From NCBI RefSeq assembly GCF_009834535.1, contig NC_045713.1:18166001-18230000 (forward strand): 64,000 nt of DNA. The letters run 5' to 3'. This document shows, piece after piece, positions 45,223 to 64,000 of this stretch; the first letter of the stretch is position 1; every line of letters starts with the position of its first letter. The notes under the pieces are model-generated. The model ran no database searches. It was given only the letters and a program-made list of their open reading frames with translations, and was not told the origin of the DNA. The stretch is from Camelus ferus. Lineage: Eukaryota. A program made the position numbers and the translations under genes.

Positions 45223-46147
45223 TAACCGTCTCTCCCAGGAGACCTTCTTGATGCCAGCCGAGGTCAAGCTCTGTAAGTGGCTTCTAGAGCCCCCATTCTT
45301 CCTCCACCACAGTTCCCAGTTTGAAATTATTCTGTAATTGCTGATGTGATTAGATGATTCAAGTCCGTCACCCCTACTTCACTATGAGCTCAGGAAAGGC
45401 AGGGAGGGTGTCTGCTCGGTCTCCTCTGCCCCAGAACATACTAGGCGCTCAGTAAATATTTGTGGAATGATTAGCACTGCCAAACATTCTCACACTTCAC
45501 CACATGCAGGTGAGGCTGCAGGCTCTACAGAAGGGCCTGAAAGGGCCCTAGCCCGGAGGCAGACCCAGGTGTCCTGGGCTCAAATGCCAGGCCTCCGGAG
45601 GGAAGGAGGGAGGAGCAGCTGTGGCCCCACAATAACAAAGTCTGGGCCAGGCGCTGGGGGGCATAACTGGTCCGGGAGACCAGAAAGACAGGACCCAAAA
45701 GCAGTTGGGTTGGGAGTCCAGCCATCAGGGTTTCCAGCCCTGCCTGGGGCTGCTCAAACCCCAACACACGCAGACGCACACCAGCACACACAGCCGAGGT
45801 GTCTGGAAGGACTCAGGACTTCGGTGGCGGCAAAAGAAGCCAGCCAAGCTGAGCGAGGAGGGCGGGGCCAGGGGAGGGGCGGGCGGGCAGGTAGGTGCCC
45901 TTTCCAAGGGAGCTGCCACTCCGGAAGGTGTACTGCAGACCCAGGACGTGCTGGAGACGTGTCCTCACTGCCGGCGGCGGAGACCCCAGCGTTTCCCTTG
46001 GTGCCCCGTTCCTGCCTCCGAAGCCAGCCTTTGACGCCTGCTCCCTCTTCCCTCTGGTCCCGACACCTGGATCTTGCCTTCCAACCCCACCCTAGGTCCC
46101 TTCCCTTGGGTGCCTGGTCCCTTCCCAGGGCCCCTGGTCCCTGGGCC

Positions 46148-49435
<3,288 letters not shown>

Positions 49436-50053
49436 GCTACTCACTCTGGGAGCCGAGCTGCTTCCGGGACCTCCACATCACACCTGAGGACAAATGCCTG
49501 GCCCCAGGATGGCCCTGGCCCTGGGACCTGATGGGCCGCTCCTTCCTCCCAGGACCCTGTGGCAGCTCAGAGCACCACCCTGACCTCTGACCCACTCTTC
49601 TGAGTTGTTCTTTGGGACTATAACCTCCACCACAGGAGTTTCCTGCCTGTGGTACTGGTGAGGACCTCTGGCCACCTCCATCTGTCCACAAGCCTACTGG
49701 TTGGGCTCCTATGGAGCCCCAAGGACCCTAAGCTATGAAAACAGGCCCTGGCTGCCCACCTGTTTCTAGAAGACTGCCCAGGCGACTGCTGCTGAAGGGC
49801 TGGCTCCAGCACGTCCCGTTCTGCCTGATGAGCCCCATCACTGCACCCTCATACTGCCTTCTGGGCTGGGGCTGCCTCTGGGCAGCATGTTTTCAAGGAC
49901 AGAAAAGGCCCTAGTCTTGCCCCATTGGCTGCCCTGCCCCCCTTGAGCCCTAACTCCTTGACTCCGGAGGACTGAGCCCCCGCCGGAACTGGGCTCTGAC
50001 TCGCATCTGGGGTTGGGGGCTAGATGAAGCAGGAAGGAGTAAAATGTTATGAG

Positions 50054-50059
50054 AATAAA
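50054..50059 (+). terminator. PRSS8 poly(A) signal AATAAA
   Basis: AATAAA followed by GT-rich TATGTGTGTGTG, about 620 nt after the stop. Confidence 0.75.
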
Positions 50060-50150
50060 CTGGCTATGTGTGTGTGACATGAAATGAAGGACATCGGTTC
50101 CAAGCCTCTCCCTCCTACCTCCAAAGTCCACAGCCACCAGCAGAACTTAC

Positions 50151-50156
50151 TTTATT
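50151..50156 (-). terminator. KAT8 poly(A) signal AATAAA
   Basis: TTTATT on + about 90 nt past the KAT8 stop; preceded on the minus strand by a U-rich run. Confidence 0.75.
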
Positions 50157-50242
50157 AAAAAAAAAATGATGAAACCGGTCTGTACATATTTACAGGCTAC
50201 GGGGCAAGGAGGCACAGGTCCAGCAGCGGGGGCACAGGCCGC

Positions 50243-59560
<9,318 letters not shown>

Positions 59561-61705
59561 CCGTTTTGAATTACGGCTGCACCCTAGAGTTGAAAACAGG
59601 AGAAAGGCTTTCTTGATGTGATGCCTCAACTCGATCTTTTTAAGGCCTTTGTGCCTGAGGAAGCCAAGGTGTGCCAGTTATCAGGGGGCGCTGCCCCTAT
59701 TTTACCGATGCGGAGCCAGAGCAGCACCCCTGGAAGCCTAGTGTTAGGGCGGTGAGCCTGGAATCAACACCCACCCGGTGCCGCCCATTTCCTTCAGCCA
59801 AATACAAGTCACCCCGTTTTTGAAGACTGAAGAAACTGCCCTCCTTGTTCGGGGGGGGGGGAGGAGACATTTGGGGTGTGGGAATCAGGACTGAGTGTGT
59901 ACTGGGATAGCCAATAAATAACTCTCACAGAATCAAGCCTTTCTAAAGAAAGGACCAGACTCCAAACCAGATGTCCCCTGAACAGAAATCAGCCTAAGGC
60001 AGTGGATATAATGGAGAGCGTCTTAGGCTTAGTGAATGAGGAATCCCTGGTTATACAAGTGTGTCCATTCCCAGAGCATCGTTAAAGGTTAAACTGTGTA
60101 TGCCATATAACTATATAAAGGTGAAACCATATATGTATCTATCTCTTATTCCTATAAAACAAGTGTATTGCACAATGCCAGACAGGGGACACCTCCAATA
60201 AACATTCCTTTTGGCTACTCTGAGTCGTCTTTGACTTGTAATTTGGTTATTGGGCTTGGAAACAATTCTAAGAGGGGTGGAATGCTCGAGACCTAAGGAT
60301 GAGGTTACAGATGAGGAAATATCTAAGTTAAGTATTTGTGGAAAATGGCAGTGCTGGTAACTTGGCTTTGGGGAATAAAGGAGTTGGGAGGGGACAATAA
60401 ATGCCAGTGGCTGGCAGCATATGAAACAAAAAATTAACAGAAGTCAGGCAAGAAAAAATTAAAAACTAAAATTATACCTTCTCTCACTCTCCACCCACCC
60501 CTAGAACTATGATGATTCACTCAGATTCCCCAAAATCTTTTGTTGTTCCTTCTTTGTGTTCATGTAACCTTTGATGTGCTTTAAGAAGCCAGCACCAGAG
60601 ACTTATTTGGCGAAGTGCCCCTGTGGCTAATAGAGCTGTTTTGCCTCAAAAGAGCTGGAAACAAGTTCTCAGCCCAGAAGTTTTCAGTACCTCTCCAGCC
60701 CCACTCAAACACAGACATTAAACCAATGATTTTCAAGTGGAGGAGTTCATCAGTGACTATGGAGCTTAGCTCTCTCGCCAGGCCTCTTGTCCTTCCCTTT
60801 CTTGCTTCCCCTGCTCCCTTCTGGGAGCACTCTCTACAAATCACCTGGACACAAATCCTCCGCTTAAGGGCGGCTTCTAGGGACTCCAACCTGAAACCTC
60901 CCTTCCTAGCTTAAAACCCTTCCATGATCCCTGATGCCTCCAGGATAAAACCCATGCTTCTTGGCTGTGCATTTAAGGCCTTTCAGCCTTGCTGCTGCCT
61001 ACCTCTCCAGCCTCTGTGCTGCAGCCAGCCAGATTTTCAGCCTGGCAAGTCACAACAGTCTCCCACCACCTGGAGTTTGACCTCCAGATATAATCCCTGT
61101 CTCCCCTGAATCCTCCACCTCCATCACCAGTCCTACCAAGCAGGCCCTCAGGCCTTCTCCTTCCCTAGCAAGGTGCGCAGGGAGGTTACTTCACCACCTG
61201 CTCTCTGGAGCCCTTTCCTTTTGGCCTCCCTGCCAGGGCGCAATCTTGTGTGTTTCTTTCCTTAGCAGTAGCAGGCACAGCTGGCAGGCAGCACTTTTTA
61301 ACCGTACTCAGCTTCAGGAATCAGGTGGCTCAGAAACTTGCTCAGTCTGCTGACCTTCACCTCCACAAACTGTGACTACCGGGAAGGGAAGTGTCAGAAG
61401 TGCGACCTGAAGCTGGGCCAACCTGGGCCCTTCAATATTGTCCGGGATCCAGAAACACTTGGTAAATGAAATGAATAAAAGGTCTTTGCACAACCTGCCC
61501 AAGTCATCCCAACTCCCACCAAATCTAATGTGCAAGAGACTCGGGGCCAATTTTATTCCTGGTCTGACAGGCTCTGAGGACAGTTAGAGACTGGGACATG
61601 AACTTGTTAAACCCAAAGGGCCCAGGGGACCTGAATGGGGGCAGAAACAAAAGCTCACCTGCCTTCCTCATATGTGGGGCCCAAGAGGGCATTCAAAATG
61701 TGAAC

Positions 61706-61711
61706 TTTAAT
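61706..61711 (-). terminator. BCKDK poly(A) signal ATTAAA (second candidate AATAAA at 61552-61557)
   Basis: TTTAAT on + about 290 nt after the stop; TTTATT at 61552-61557. Confidence 0.55.
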
Positions 61712-61997
61712 AACAAACAGCAGGTCAAGTTGGGGGTTCCCCAGGAACAAGAATAATGGAGCTGGTGCTGGAGACCTCAAGGGTTCTCACTTCCTCCCCT
61801 CTGAGGTCTGGAGGCAGGGAAGCAGTGGATCCCATTGAGGAGGGTGGTACCTGGCTCCATGTAAGTCCATCTGTTTGGGGCCCTGAGACCCCAGGTGCAG
61901 CAGTGTGTGGAGCAGGGTGGTACCCTGCCTGGCCTGGAAGGTCCTGGCAGGATATATGACCCAGCCCAGGCAAGCAAGCAGGCCATGGGCTATGGGG

Positions 61998-64000
<2,003 letters not shown>

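Noticed and set aside
45467-46147. 227-codon open extension in frame with the PRSS8 ATG (265-aa ORF in the track)
   Set aside because: GC-rich promoter/UTR sequence. The only upstream ATGs are more than 500 nt before the canonical start, probably upstream of the TSS, and the extension would bury the signal peptide.
59678-59693. CTCF-like core AGGGGGCGCTG upstream of KAT8
   Set aside because: The 5' half of the motif does not match; not supportable without ChIP data.

Overview
Mammalian genomic DNA, not prokaryotic, syntenic with human 16p11.2 and read in the opposite orientation. Six spliced protein-coding genes could be reconstructed by hand at GT-AG junctions with consistent phases: PYCARD/ASC (+, 195 aa), FUS (-, 514 aa if the 35-nt exon 7 lies in the N gap at 18127-18314), PRSS36/polyserase-2 (+, 856 aa), PRSS8/prostasin (+, 341 aa), KAT8/MOF (-, 458 aa) and the 3' part of BCKDK (-, truncated at the window edge). 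A tRNA-derived SINE resembling camelid Vic-1, with no Alu, Bov-tA or PRE1 elements seen, suggests alpaca/camel. I found no rRNA, tRNA gene or CRISPR array, and no wholly new gene system that I can support. Best second-look items: (i) an intact 168-aa overlapping alternative-frame ORF (altFUS) across FUS exons 3-6; (ii) non-canonical zymogen activation N-termini in both neighbouring proteases (PRSS8 R|VAGG, PRSS36 R|IMGG); (iii) an in-phase upstream ATG plus splice donor that could give a PYD-less, CARD-only ASC; (iv) a KAT8 last-intron read-through C-terminus resembling the human alternative isoform; (v) PRSS8 and KAT8 poly(A) signals only 91 nt apart. Repeat family names and human comparisons are from memory, and repeat boundaries are approximate.
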